Assembly: GCF_030144855.1 (NCBI RefSeq)
Contig: NC_082722.1
Location: 19,530,001 to 19,594,000, forward strand
Length of the DNA stretch: 64,000 bases
Direction: 5' to 3'
Source: Hypanus sabinus
Lineage: Eukaryota
Notes under the pieces: generated by a model
Told to the model about the DNA's origin: nothing
Database searches by the model: none
Seen by the model: only the letters and a program-made list of their open reading frames with translations
Translations under genes and position numbers: made by a program
Part shown: piece after piece, positions 11,835-23,004 of the stretch
Layout of the letters: every line of letters begins with the position of its first letter
Position numbering within the stretch: position 1 is the first letter of the stretch

Positions 11835-13320
11835 AAGGTTTTGATTGTTTAAAGTTGTTGGACAGCAAATGTCCAGCCACTTTTAAAAAAATGACTAGGC
11901 AAAAAACGGGAAACTATAGGCCAGTTAGTTCAACATCTGTTGTCAGGAAAATGCTTGAAGTTGTCACTAAGGAAGAAATAGCGAAACATTTAAAAACGAA
12001 TGGTTCCATTAGACAGACGCAGCAGGGATTCGGAAAGGGAAGGTCCTGTTTGACAAGCAAACTGAAGTTCTTTGGGGACATAATGAGCGCAGTGGATGGA
12101 GGGGAACAGATGGGTGCCGTATGCAGGGATTTCCAGAAGGCGTTTGATAAGGTCCGGCACGAGATACTTATAAATTAGATATGGATGCATGAAGTCTGAA
12201 GAAGTGTATTGGCATGGATAGTGGAATGGTTATCGAATAGAAGGCAGAGATTTGGTATAAAAGGGCGTTTCTCCGGTTGGCAGTCAGAGGTGAGTGGGGT
12301 GCCGCAATGGTTGGTGCTGGAGCCCACTCTAGTTTACCATTTGCAATAATGATCTGGAAGAAGGGACTGAGTGTAGCGTAGCAAAATTTGCTGATGACAC
12401 TAAACTGAATGAAAAAGCAAATTGTACAGTGGATGAGGACTGTATTCAGAGCGATATACAAAACGTTTGTAGATTGATTAAGTGAGTGGGCCAAGGTCTG
12501 GCAGATTGAATATAATGTTGGTAAATGCCAGATCATCCACTTTGGAAGGAATAATAGAAGAGCATATTATTATTTAAATGGTGAAATATTTCAGCATGTT
12601 GTTGTGCAGGGGGACTTGGGAGTGCTTTTGTATGAATCACAATAAAGTGGCTTGCAGGTGCAACAGGTTATTAAGAAGGCAAATGAAATGTTGGTCTTCA
12701 TTGCTTGAGGGATTGAATTCAAGAGCAGGGAGGTCATACTGCAACTGTACAGGGTTCTGCTGAGTGCACCTGGAATACTGTGTGCAGTTCCGGTCACCAT
12801 TCTTGAGCAAGGATATATCTATTGGATTTGGATGCAGTGTAGAGGAGGTTCACCAGGTTGATTCCAGAGATGAGGGGATAAACCTATGAGAAGAGATTGA
12901 GTCGCCTGGGACTACACTCTCTGGAATTCAGAAGAATCAGAGGGGATCTTTTCGAAACATACAAAATTTTGAAGGGGATAGATAAGATAGAAGTAGGAAA
13001 GTTGTTTCCATCGGTAGGTGAGAGTAGAACTAGGGGATGCTGTCTCAAGATTCAGGGAAGAAGATTTAGGACGGAGATAAGGAGAAACTGCTTTTCACAG
13101 AGAGTGGTGAATATGTGGGATTCTCTGAGCAGGGAAGCAGTTGAGGCTTCTTCACTAAATATATTTAAGATACAATTAGATAGATACTTACATAGTAGGG
13201 GAATTAACGGTTATGGCGAAAAGGCAGGTAGATGGAGTTGAGTTTATGGAAATTTTAACCATGATGTTACTGAATGGCGGGTCAGGCTCGATGGGTTGGA
13301 TGGCTTACTCCTGCTTATAT
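11835..13320 (+). mobile_element. CR1 LINE ORF2 RT to 3' end, frameshifted
   Basis: GNYRPVSSTS, QQGFGKGRSCLT, DFQKAFDKV, KFADDTKL and RIRGDLFETYKI motifs. Confidence 0.92.
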
Positions 13321-13667
13321 ATCTTATGTTCTTATGTTTTATGAGCTGGCTGAGAAATAGGTCAGGGCGGGGAGAAGGTGAGGCATTGTGTAGGAATTTA
13401 GGTATAATAAATATATGGCTGGAAATATCAAACGCACCAAATAATAAGTGGAGCAAAAGCCAATCTGCAGAATCACATCGAAATAATAAACAGAATAATC
13501 TGAAAAAATCAGAAATGATATTTTCCTGTTTAAAAAAAAGTTTGAAGGCAAATTAATGGCACAAATTTTCAACCAGCAATATCATTTCACAACATTTCTG
13601 CAATTTCGACTTTTCTTCAAATGCAAAGAGATGAAAATTTTCCACTTACAGAAATAAAAATACTTAC

Positions 13668-13973
13668 TTAACACAATAATCTGAGAGCCACTTCCATTTC
13701 CCAATATTTGTTGCTGACTTTTCACTTGACAATAATACACGCTTTCGTCTGTGTATGTCACATTCAGGAGAGTAAATGTGCCCCTGCCTTTCTTTACATT
13801 GAACTGATTTCTGCTGTCTGGTTCTATAAATGCGTTCTGACCCTCCTTCCACCACGAAACTTCAGCAGTATCTTGTAGAATAGGAAATTTGCAAAACATG
13901 GATTCATTTCCACCGATTGAGACTTGTAAGATTGGAGGGAATTGTTCCACTTTTGCCGAAGTTCCTTTTAAGG
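13668..13973 (-). CDS. Ig-superfamily receptor exon 2: V-type (VJ) Ig domain
   Basis: 306 bp, phase 1-1, bounded by ttgtcag| and |gtaagt. It reads (A)LKGTSAKVEQFPPILQVSIGGNESMFCKFPILQDTAEVSWWKEGQNAFIEPDSRNQFNVKKGRGTFTLLNVTYTDESVYYCQVKSQQQILGNGSGSQIIVL, with B-strand Cys, C-strand Trp, DxSVYYC and a J-like GxGS motif. Confidence 0.95.
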
Positions 13974-14157
13974 CTGACAAAGCATAAGTCAGAATGATGA
14001 AAACAGTATCATTCACTATACAGAGAATCAAAAGACAAAATATGCAGAACACTGGTATGTGAATTGGATGTTTACTATGGCTAAACCTGCTGCGGTAAAT
14101 GACATATAATATTGTAAAATGTCTGTTATATAGATTGGGCACAAAATGTATGCATAC

Positions 14158-14212
14158 CTGGCCAAAACGCGGCGAGCAGAGCCACGAACCAAACGGTTGC
14201 ATCCATCGACAT
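14158..14212 (-). CDS. Ig-superfamily receptor (SIRP-like V-C1-TM-ITIM), exon 1: signal peptide
   Basis: ATG at 14212 reads MSMDATVWFVALLAAFWP, then G|gtatgc donor (phase 1). It has a hydrophobic leader core. An upstream acceptor (ttctatctttcag, exon start 14232) implies a non-coding exon further upstream. Confidence 0.85.
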
Positions 14213-14319
14213 TGCAAATGAGAGTGGTCAGTCTGAAAGATAGAAATTCATAGGATGTGATAATTAGGTGCAAATTACATATGAAGTCACATGGTCAAGG
14301 CTACGTCGATGCCTTGGGT

Positions 14320-14720
14320 AGAAGAAATGCTGCAGATACACGAAATCCCGTGGAATACACACAACGAGCGAGCGGAGCTCTGCATCAATGATGAAAATCA
14401 AACAGTCGATGTTTCGGGGTAAGGTACCTCTTTAGGACTGGAAAGGAAGGGGGAAAAAGTCACAATAAGGAGACAGAGGAGTGAAAGGCGTATAAGCTGG
14501 CAGATGGTAAGTGGGGGGGGGGAGGGGACCTTAAAGAGATGGCACTTGATAGGTCGATTTATAGTTCATCTCGATCGCCTCCAACCTGCTGATCTGAACA
14601 TAGAATTCTCTAACTTTCAGTAATTTCTCCCGTACACCTTTCATCGTTTTCAATTTCTCATTCTGGGCCCCATTTTATTCCTTCTCTTCTCTTTGCCTCA
14701 CCTTGCTTTTCTGCTGCTCC
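14320..14720. mobile_element. Degenerate Penelope-derived repeat
   Basis: cagtcgatgtttcgg...aggactg (degenerate hammerhead) and ctccaacctgctgatctgaacatagaattctctaac (LQP..MNIEFSN-like). Confidence 0.5.
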
Positions 14721-14769
14721 TTGTTCACATACTTCAATGGTCCAATGTCCTGTCCAATCAGATTCCTTT

Positions 14770-17000
14770 ACGACTGTGTCATGAGAGAGGACCTGGCCAA
14801 GGTTGACTGGAAAGGGACACTAGCGGGAAGGACGGCAGAGCAGCAGTGGCTGGAGTTTATTCGAGAAGTGAAGAAGGTGCAAGACAGATATATTCCAAAG
14901 AAGAAGAAATTTTTGGATGGAAAAAGAATGCAACCGTTGCTGACAAGAGAAGTCAAAGCCAAAGTAAAAGCAAAGGGGAGGGCATACAACGTAGCAAAAA
15001 TTAGTGGGAGGACAGAGGATTGGGAAGTTTTTAAAAGCTTACCATATAACCATATAACAATCACAGCACGGAAACAGGCCATCTCGGCCCTCCTAGTCCG
15101 TGCCGAACTCTTAATCTCACCTAGTCCCACCTACCCGCACTCAGCCCATATCCCTCCACTCCTTTCCTGTCCATATACCTATCCAATATACCTATACAAA
15201 AGGAAACTAAGAAGGTCATTAAGAGGGAAAAGATGAACTATGAATTGAAGCTACCAAATAATATCAAAGAGGATACTAAAAGATTTTTCAAGTATATAAA
15301 GAGTAAAAGATAGGTGAGAGTAGATATAGGACCGATATAAAATGATGCTGGAGAAATTGTAATGGGAGATAAGGAGATGGCGGAGGAACTGAATGAGTAT
15401 TTTGCAAAAGTCTTCACTGAGCTATACATCTGCAATATACCGGACATTCAAGAGTGTCAGGGAAGAGAAATATGCGCAGTCACAATTACGACAGAGAAAG
15501 TACTCAATAAGCTGAATAGTCTAAGCGTAGATAAAAATCCTGGACCAGATGGAATGCACTTTCGTGTTCTGAAGGAAGTAGCAGTGGAGATTGCGGAGGC
15601 ACTAGCAATGATCTTTCAAAAGTCGATAGATTCTTGCCTATTTTCGGAGGACTGGAATGTCACTCCGCATTTTAAGAAGGGGCAAGGAAGCACAAAGAAA
15701 ATTATAGACATTTTAGCTTGACGTCGGTGGTTGTGAAGTTGTTGGATTCGATTGACAAGGATGAGGTTACGGTGTACCTGGAGGCATATGACAAGATAGG
15801 CAGAACTCAGCATGGTTTCCTTAAAGGAAAATCCACCCTGACAAACCTAGTGCAATTTTTTGAGGAAATTACAAGTAGGCTTGACAAGGGAGATGCAGTG
15901 GATGTTGTGTATTTGGATTTTCAGAAGGCCTCAGACAAGGTGCCGCACATGAGGCTGCTAAACAGGATAAAAGCCCATGAAATTACGGGAAAGTTACATA
16001 CGTGGATAGAACGTTAGTTGCTTGGCAGGAAACAGAGAGAGGGAATACAGAGATCACGTTCTGGTGGCAAACACGAGGAAATAAGCAGACGCAGGAAATT
16101 CAAACAACACACACAAAATGCTGCTGGAACACAACAAACCAGGCAGCATCTATAGGGAGAAGCACTGTCGACGTTTCAGGCCGAGACCCTTCGTCAGGTT
16201 GGTGGCTGCCGGTTACCAGAGGTGTTGCACAGAGGTCCGTGTTGGGGCCGCTTCTTGTTAAGTTGTATATCAACGATTTGGATTATGCAGTATACTCGTG
16301 CAGTATACCCTTAAGGTTAACCTCCAGATTGAGTCGGTGGCGATGAAGGCGAATGCAATGTTGGCATTCATTTCTAGAGGAATAGAGTACAGGAACAGGG
16401 ATGTGATGTTGAGCCTCTATAAGACACTGGTAAGGCCTCACTTGGAATACTGCGTGCAGTACTGGGCTCCTTATTTAAGTAAAGGTGTGCTGACTTCGGA
16501 GAGGGTTCAGGGAAGATCCACTAGAATGATTCCGGGAATGAGAGGGTTAACATAAAAGGAACGTTTGACCGCTCTTGGACTGTACTCCGTGGAGTTTAGA
16601 AGAATGAGGGGAGACCTCATCGAAACATTTCGAATGTTGAAAGGCATGGACAGAGTGGATGTGGCTACGTTGTATCCTATGGCGTGGGAGTCTAGTATGA
16701 TAGGACATGACTTTAAGAGTGCAGGGCGTCCATTCAGAACAGAGATGCGATTTTTTTTTAGTCAAAGGTGGTGAATATGGAACTTGTTGCCACGGACGGC
16801 AGTGGAGGCCAAGTCATTTGGTGTATTTAAGGCAGAGATTGATAGGTATCTGAGTAGTCAGGGCATCAAAGTTTATGGTGAGAAGGCGGGGGAATGGGAC
16901 TAAAGTGGAGATTGGATCAGCTCATGATGAAGTGGAGGATGAGACTCGATGGGCCGAATGTCCGACCTCTGCTCCTTTGTCTTATGGTCTTATGGAAGTT
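14770..17000 (+). mobile_element. CR1 LINE ORF2 to 3' end with nested inserts
   Basis: MREDLAKVDW, PGPDGMH, DFQKASDKVPH and LVRPHLEYC motifs. An antisense CR1 tail is nested at about 15040-15195 and a Penelope-derived insert at 16069-16199. Confidence 0.92.
16069..16199 (-). mobile_element. Short Penelope-derived insert with an intact hammerhead-ribozyme core
   Basis: Flanked by the direct repeat TGGTGGC (16062-16068 and 16200-16206). The minus strand reads CTGACGA-AGGGTCTCGGCCT-GAAACGTC-GACAG at 16197-16165. Confidence 0.7.
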
Positions 17001-17949
17001 AATAACTCATCGGGGGATTGATAAGTTCGTGGCCTAAGGTAGAGGGATATGAGTTATTAACCAAACTTTCTGCATGCTCACTCAAATAGTTGCACTGCAT
17101 GTATCTGTAACGAGAGTTGTATAATTCATCCCCTTCTACCTTAGGCCACGAACATATTAATCACCCCTCGTACAGCACAGGAAAATGTCTTTCGACCAAT
17201 GATGTCTGTACCGATCATAATGCAAACTGAATTCTATCTGATCGGACATGGTCTACATCGCTCCTTTTTGCCTCTTCGTGGCCATGTTTGAATGTCTTTT
17301 AACCGTTGTGATCAAATCAACACTCTCTTGTAGCACTGCCAAGTCGCCAACTACTTTCTGCGCAATGTACCTGCTTCGCAACCTCCTTTAAATTTTCCTC
17401 TCTCATTTCTAGGCGATACCCTCTGTTAACTGCCGCTAATATGCATGAGTGGTATCGGTAAAGAGAAAGGCAAGGCCAACAGGATTAGAGAATCCCGGTT
17501 CACGAGGACATTGAGACATTGTTTTCGATAGAGAAGACCTGCGTCATCTGTCGGGAACGGATTCAAGCTATTCCAGACAGAAATATAAGAAGTACTGCAG
17601 TAGACCTGACGGGAATGACGAGAGCACAAAGGCAGCATGATAGAACTTCTGAATTGAAAGCAAAAGGAAATGAGAAAATAGCGACCGCGAAATTGCGATG
17701 AGCGATCTGTAAATTATTATTTCCTATCACTGCGGTGAAAATCATGGAAACTGAGGGATTAAAGGGAATTAACGTTATTTTTTAACAGATCCACATGAAA
17801 AAAATGGAGATATCGGGGGAACGGGATGCTCACCGTGTAAGAACTCAGACCGTTTGATAAACTTACGGCACCTGATCAAATGTATCTTTCAAAATTGTGA
17901 AAAGCTAGAGGAAAGATTGTAAGGACCATTGGCAAAGTTATCAACATCG

Positions 17950-19280
17950 TCTTTGACGGGGATTGTGTTACCGTAGCATTGGAGAGTGGCAAATGCGCAT
18001 TTAATTAAGGAGATCTGCAAGGACAAGCGGAGAGCTGAAGGTGGCGAGCCCAGTATTGGTGCGTGGAAACATACTGGAGTTGACCGGAGGGAGAGAACCT
18101 ATCACAATTTGAAAAGGGAAAGGTTGAAAAAGTGCCGGTCAGCATGGATTTTTCATTTGGAATCTTATTTCACAGATTTGATTGAATTGCTTTGATGAAG
18201 TGATGAAGTAAATTACGGAGTACAGCAATTGGACTATACCTTCATTGACATTTGCAAGGTCCCATATTGCAGGCTTGCACAGAAAACTCGATGACACGAG
18301 AGCCTGAGTGAGCCAGCCACCTGAACATAAGAATACAAAATTGTTTTAGACGAGTGATAGTGGAAATTTCACATCAAGAATGACCGCCTGCAACTAGCGG
18401 TGTACTGAACAGGTAGGCTCCATTTCCAGTATTTTTGCCATCTCCGAAATATCCAGATTAACTTCGTTAATTGCTTTCGGAATGCAACGAAATTGGTGGT
18501 ATATTAGACAGTGAAAGATATATATGACGATAAACTGCGAAAGCAGCACAAGCAATTGCAGACAGAATATTACCCGGACATTTGAGAAGTGTTGTACTTT
18601 GATTAGTTAAACCAGGGCAGGAATTGCACAGTAGATTGCCCAGGGCATTGACGTAAAACAAAGTGACTGAGGGTACATGCAGATTGATCTTTGAACGTGG
18701 CAATAGAGGTGGGCAGACTGGTGAAGAACGTGGGAGATTATCACATTTATTCACAGTTCTAGCAATGAGTACAACACCTGGGCCGTCATGTTCAACTGTA
18801 ATAGGTCGATGGTGAAACATACTCAGAGTACTTTGTGCATTTCTGATCAGCCGGCTATAGAGAAGGCCCGACGAAGCTTGAAATAGTCCAGAAAAGATTC
18901 ACAAATACATTTGCGGGACAGCGTGTTTTTAGCTGTAGGCAAATTCTGGGTTACTGCTCCATAGAGCACGGGAGGTTGCGTAGTGACCTTATATATTTAG
19001 GCGCGTAAGCGACGGTATGGTTACAGTCTTTTACCCAGAATAGCTGAAGCAAATATGAGAATTCATTGATTCAAGATGAGTGAGAAAACATTTAAATAGT
19101 TCTAGGGCAAGTTTTCCAAAGCAAGGGGCTTGGTAACTGGAATAGTGTACGGGATGAATCTGTAGATGTGGGTTCGATTACAATGTGTTAATAACATTTA
19201 GATTGCTGCACAGATAGAAAAGCTTTACTGTAATAAGTTACAAACGCAAGAAAATGGGTCTAGCTGGGATAGGTTTCTCG
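17950..19280 (+). mobile_element. Ancient, highly degenerate CR1 RT/3' end (paralogous to 30050-31920)
   Basis: Residual CR1 RT wording, sharing idiosyncratic substitutions with 30050-31920. Confidence 0.55.
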
Positions 19281-20619
19281 GACTACATGAGGGAAATGAG
19301 CCGAAGTCCTGATGAGGCGCCGTATGAAGCCATGGATTCATCGAGATGGTGCTGGTGTGTGTTCCTTGGAATGCCGGGCGTAGTAGGGTGTTCTGTGAAT
19401 ACTATAGGGTTATTGTGTGACTTACAAATTTGGTGCTTGATAGTAGGCATGGACGTAGTCGCGCAAATGAGTTCTGTGTCTGTATAATTTATTCGCGTAA
19501 GCCAGCAAAGCATTCTCCAATTGTGGTCGCATGTTAAGGTTAAGTGAAGCAACAAGGACTGGAACAAATTGCCCCACTGATATGAAATTAATTTGTGTGA
19601 AAAAATACCCACCTGACTTTTAGTACTGAGAGCGATATTCTCCTCCTGGTTAATAGAAGGGAATGATGATAATCACAGTCGAGGTAAAACAAAGTACAGA
19701 TGTGTTAAAAGTTTAAAATGCACCTGACAAATATTGGCCAGATTGTATGTAAATCGTGAAATACTAGAAATTTATTCACTGCTAAACTCTGCATGAAAGT
19801 ATTGATAACTAAGAAAAACATTTCTTTAGAATTTTAAGATTTTTAACTTTTGTTTTTGTTTCGGAAGATTTGAGAAGTTTTGAAATTTACCCAAAAAAAA
19901 AATCAGATGTTTAAAACGTTTTCGATTTGCCAGTTCCAGTTAACTCGAAGTTTATCGGATTAATTTTCTCAAGAGATGTGTTAGACTATTTGGGAAACCC
20001 CATGAATTGCGCAAAATCTCTCTATTTTCATGTGCATGACTTAATCACATAAAATGTTTCCCCAGCCATCAGGAGCGTTCAGATTGTTAAAAGGTACTTA
20101 CAGGCATCTTACAAAGATTGCAAATTCCACTGCGCTTACACTATAATGTGAAAGGTGCTTGATAGAGTAGGGAGAATCAAAGAGTGGGAAACAAATTCAC
20201 TCCCTTAATTTGCAACCATTCATTAGGCGACCGATCAGAAATCTTAGATCTTTTTCGCTCTCCACTGACGCTCTTTGAGCTGTCGTTAACCTCCATGTTT
20301 CCTCTACTTTCGCGAGCATCCTTTTTTTCCGAATATTTTGCTGCTGTTGTCCAGAAATTACTGTGCCATCTAAACTGATATTCATCCCCATGGTCTTGTG
20401 TTACTTCATTCATGTCTTTGAAGACATAGTGAGCAGATTAGGTGAAAGATCAAAGAGACTTCAGCTTGCTGTCTGCTCCTTCTTCCCTTCTCTCAGCGGC
20501 AGCTATCGAAGCAATTCTCCGTCGGACACAGCAGGTTATCTTTAGCTCTCAGTGTTGCCATTTTCCGATAATGACGAATATTTTCTCAAAGGACTGATAA
20601 AAGAACAATCATATCAGTA

Positions 20620-21400
20620 ACACAAGAATTCTGTAGATGCCGGAATCTAGAGCAACACACACAAAATGAACTCAGCAGACGAGGCAGCATCAATGGAAAT
20701 GAATGAACAGTCAACGTTTCGGTCCGAGTCCCTTTATTAGAAATGGAAAGGAGGGAGGAATATGCCAGAATAAAAAATGCGGTGAGATGGAGTAGAAATA
20801 AGAACGTGATAGGTGAAGCCAGGTTGAGGAGGCTTTGGGGGAGAGGGGAAGAGCAACGTGTGCGTTTTGCCGGTGAGATGAAGTAGGAAGCTGGGAGGTA
20901 AGAGGTTGAAAATGAAAAGAGCTGGAGAATAAGGAATCTAATAGGAAAGGAGAGTAGACTATGGGAGAAAGAGAAGAAAGTGGGACAGAGGTGCAGGACA
21001 GAGGCAGCGGAGCAGAGAAGATAAGAGGACACAGGTGGGAACAGAAAAGAGAAGGCGGAGGGAAAAATACTTCAAGGAGAAATCGATCTTCATGTCTTCA
21101 GGTTGGAGGCTACCTAGACTGAATCCGAGGTGTTGCTCGCCCACCCTGAGAGGAGCCTCATGAAGTCGTAAGAAGAACATGAATCGAAATGTCGGAACGT
21201 GAATGGATAGGAATAAAAATAATTTCCACTCGCAAATTCCGCATTTGGAATGGACTGGAGTTGCTCGAAAATATGGTCCCCTGGTTTAAGTCGAGTCTCA
21301 CCAGTGTAGAGGAAGCCGCATCGGTAGCTCTGTCTACAGTAGACGACGCTATCCGATTTGCAGGTGGAGTGTTGACTCACTGTTCGTGGCCCTGAATGGA
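20620..21400 (-). mobile_element. Penelope-like element GIY-YIG endonuclease and 3' terminal repeat
   Basis: TCKSDSVVYC...CGFLYTGET (GIY-YIG) and EQHLGFSLGSLQPEDMKIDFS. Confidence 0.85.
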
Positions 21401-21799
21401 GGTGTTGAAGTTATAATTTTCAGGTTGTCTTCGCCTGTCCGGTAATTTTTCCTTCCATTTAGATTTAAGTCTTTGATTCGAAAAAAAACTCATGTCTTCA
21501 CCCATCATGCTACAAGTTTGACGACACTTCTACGTCATTTACATAGCTATGCCAGTCTAGAATCCAGCTCGGGTGTGAAATAAGTTACACAAATAATATC
21601 CTTTTATTCATAGAATGGCCACTTCTTTGTTTCAATACGCGATCTGATGTCGACATGCGACAACTGTTCATTATTTTCTGCCTTAAATGAAAATAACCAG
21701 CAGTCATTCTCCACATAGTCGCTCATGATGTAACCGTTCACGCTTGGAAGGCTGTCAACAATTGAGACGGTTAAAGATTAAGACTTAAAACTCTGTTTT

Positions 21800-22400
21800 A
21801 TTTATAATTGTGATGAAGTTTCTCATTTTTCTCTTTCCAGAATGCACACGCCGTAGTATTGAAACACGGATATCGCAGAAAACCATTAGAAACATTCAAT
21901 TGCGGGGAAAAGGATTTGAAGTTACTTTATATGTAAAAAATAGTCCATTGTCTGTGGCCTGAACGTCGAGCTTTAAAACTAAAGCCAACAGTCCGCAAAT
22001 CGATTTTTGAGACACATGTAAATTTTAACCACAAAGGCTTTCCGTGATATCATCAGCGGGCCTGTTAGTGTATTTCTATTCTCTGCTCTCTGTAATTTCC
22101 TGTTAATCTGAAAGAGGAGTTTGTTGTCGATCTTGAGCTGAAAGAAAACATTGAATCCTGGAGTGCATCACGAAGAGGGCTTTTCCACCCGTTTCATCCA
22201 TTCAGAACGAAATATTTACGGAGCCGTTCTTATACGTGCCTGCAGCACGGTACCACTTCCTCTAACGACTTGTTCTATACACCTACCGTCCTCTGTCTGA
22301 AGACCATGCCGTGCCCAGCTCCCCTTTGAATATTTTCTCTCTGAGTTCACAGTTATATCTTCTAAATTTGGAGCCCCTGCATTGAGAATTGGGCTATGAG
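21800..22400. promoter_or_regulatory. Conserved duplicated non-coding block, copy 2 (RUNX/TCF/ETS-like motifs)
   Basis: Contains AACCACA (RUNX) overlapping CAAAGG (TCF/LEF-like), and ATTTCCTGTT at 22095-22104. It is followed by the same degenerate antisense CR1 remnant as copy 1. Confidence 0.55.
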
Positions 22401-22891
22401 CATCTTGCATATTAATGTCCGTAACAATTGCTTATTTTTTCAAATTCATAAGGTTATCCCTCAGTCACCTGAACTCCAGAGTAAACAGTCCATGTCTATC
22501 CAATCTCTCCATGCCACTAAAGCCTTGCAACCCAGGCAATGTCCCAGAGCATCTCTTTTGCAATCGTCCTAACTCTACGACGTGCTAATCGTGCTGTCCA
22601 GAATAGCACACGTAACTCCAAGACCGGCCTCGCCATTGGTGCAACATGGTGTTTCAGCTCTTGTCAAAATACTGCCAAGAGGGCAAGTAGGCTAAACACC
22701 TTATCTGGATCCTGAATTGTCGTCGTTAAGTGCACACTAAAATCCGTTTGTGCATCAACGCTTCTAAGATCCCTCCAGAATATCCTGTCACTATTCACGA
22801 CAGGCAAAATCATAAGCACAGGAGATTCTGAAATCCAGAGTAACAAACACAAAATGCTGGAGGAACTCAGCAAGTTAAGCGCCATCTCTTA

Positions 22892-23004
22892 CAGGGGCTG
22901 CCAACCTCCGTTAATGATGGAGGTTCATGGCATGAAAAGGTTGGATACCTCTGATATATGATGGAGGTTCATGGCATGAAAAGGTTGGATACCTCTGATA
23001 TATG
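22892..23004. repeat. Tiny hAT-like MITE remnant with a 45/46-bp tandem duplication of one end
   Basis: CAGGGGCTGCCAACCT...AGGTTGGATACCTCTG inverted termini; tgatggaggttcatgg(g)catgaaaaggttggatacctctgatata occurs twice. No TSD was found. Confidence 0.4.

Noticed and set aside
13582-14217. 211-aa ORF as a single-exon gene
   Set aside because: It is the V exon plus read-through into flanking introns; the true leader is in another frame (14158-14212).
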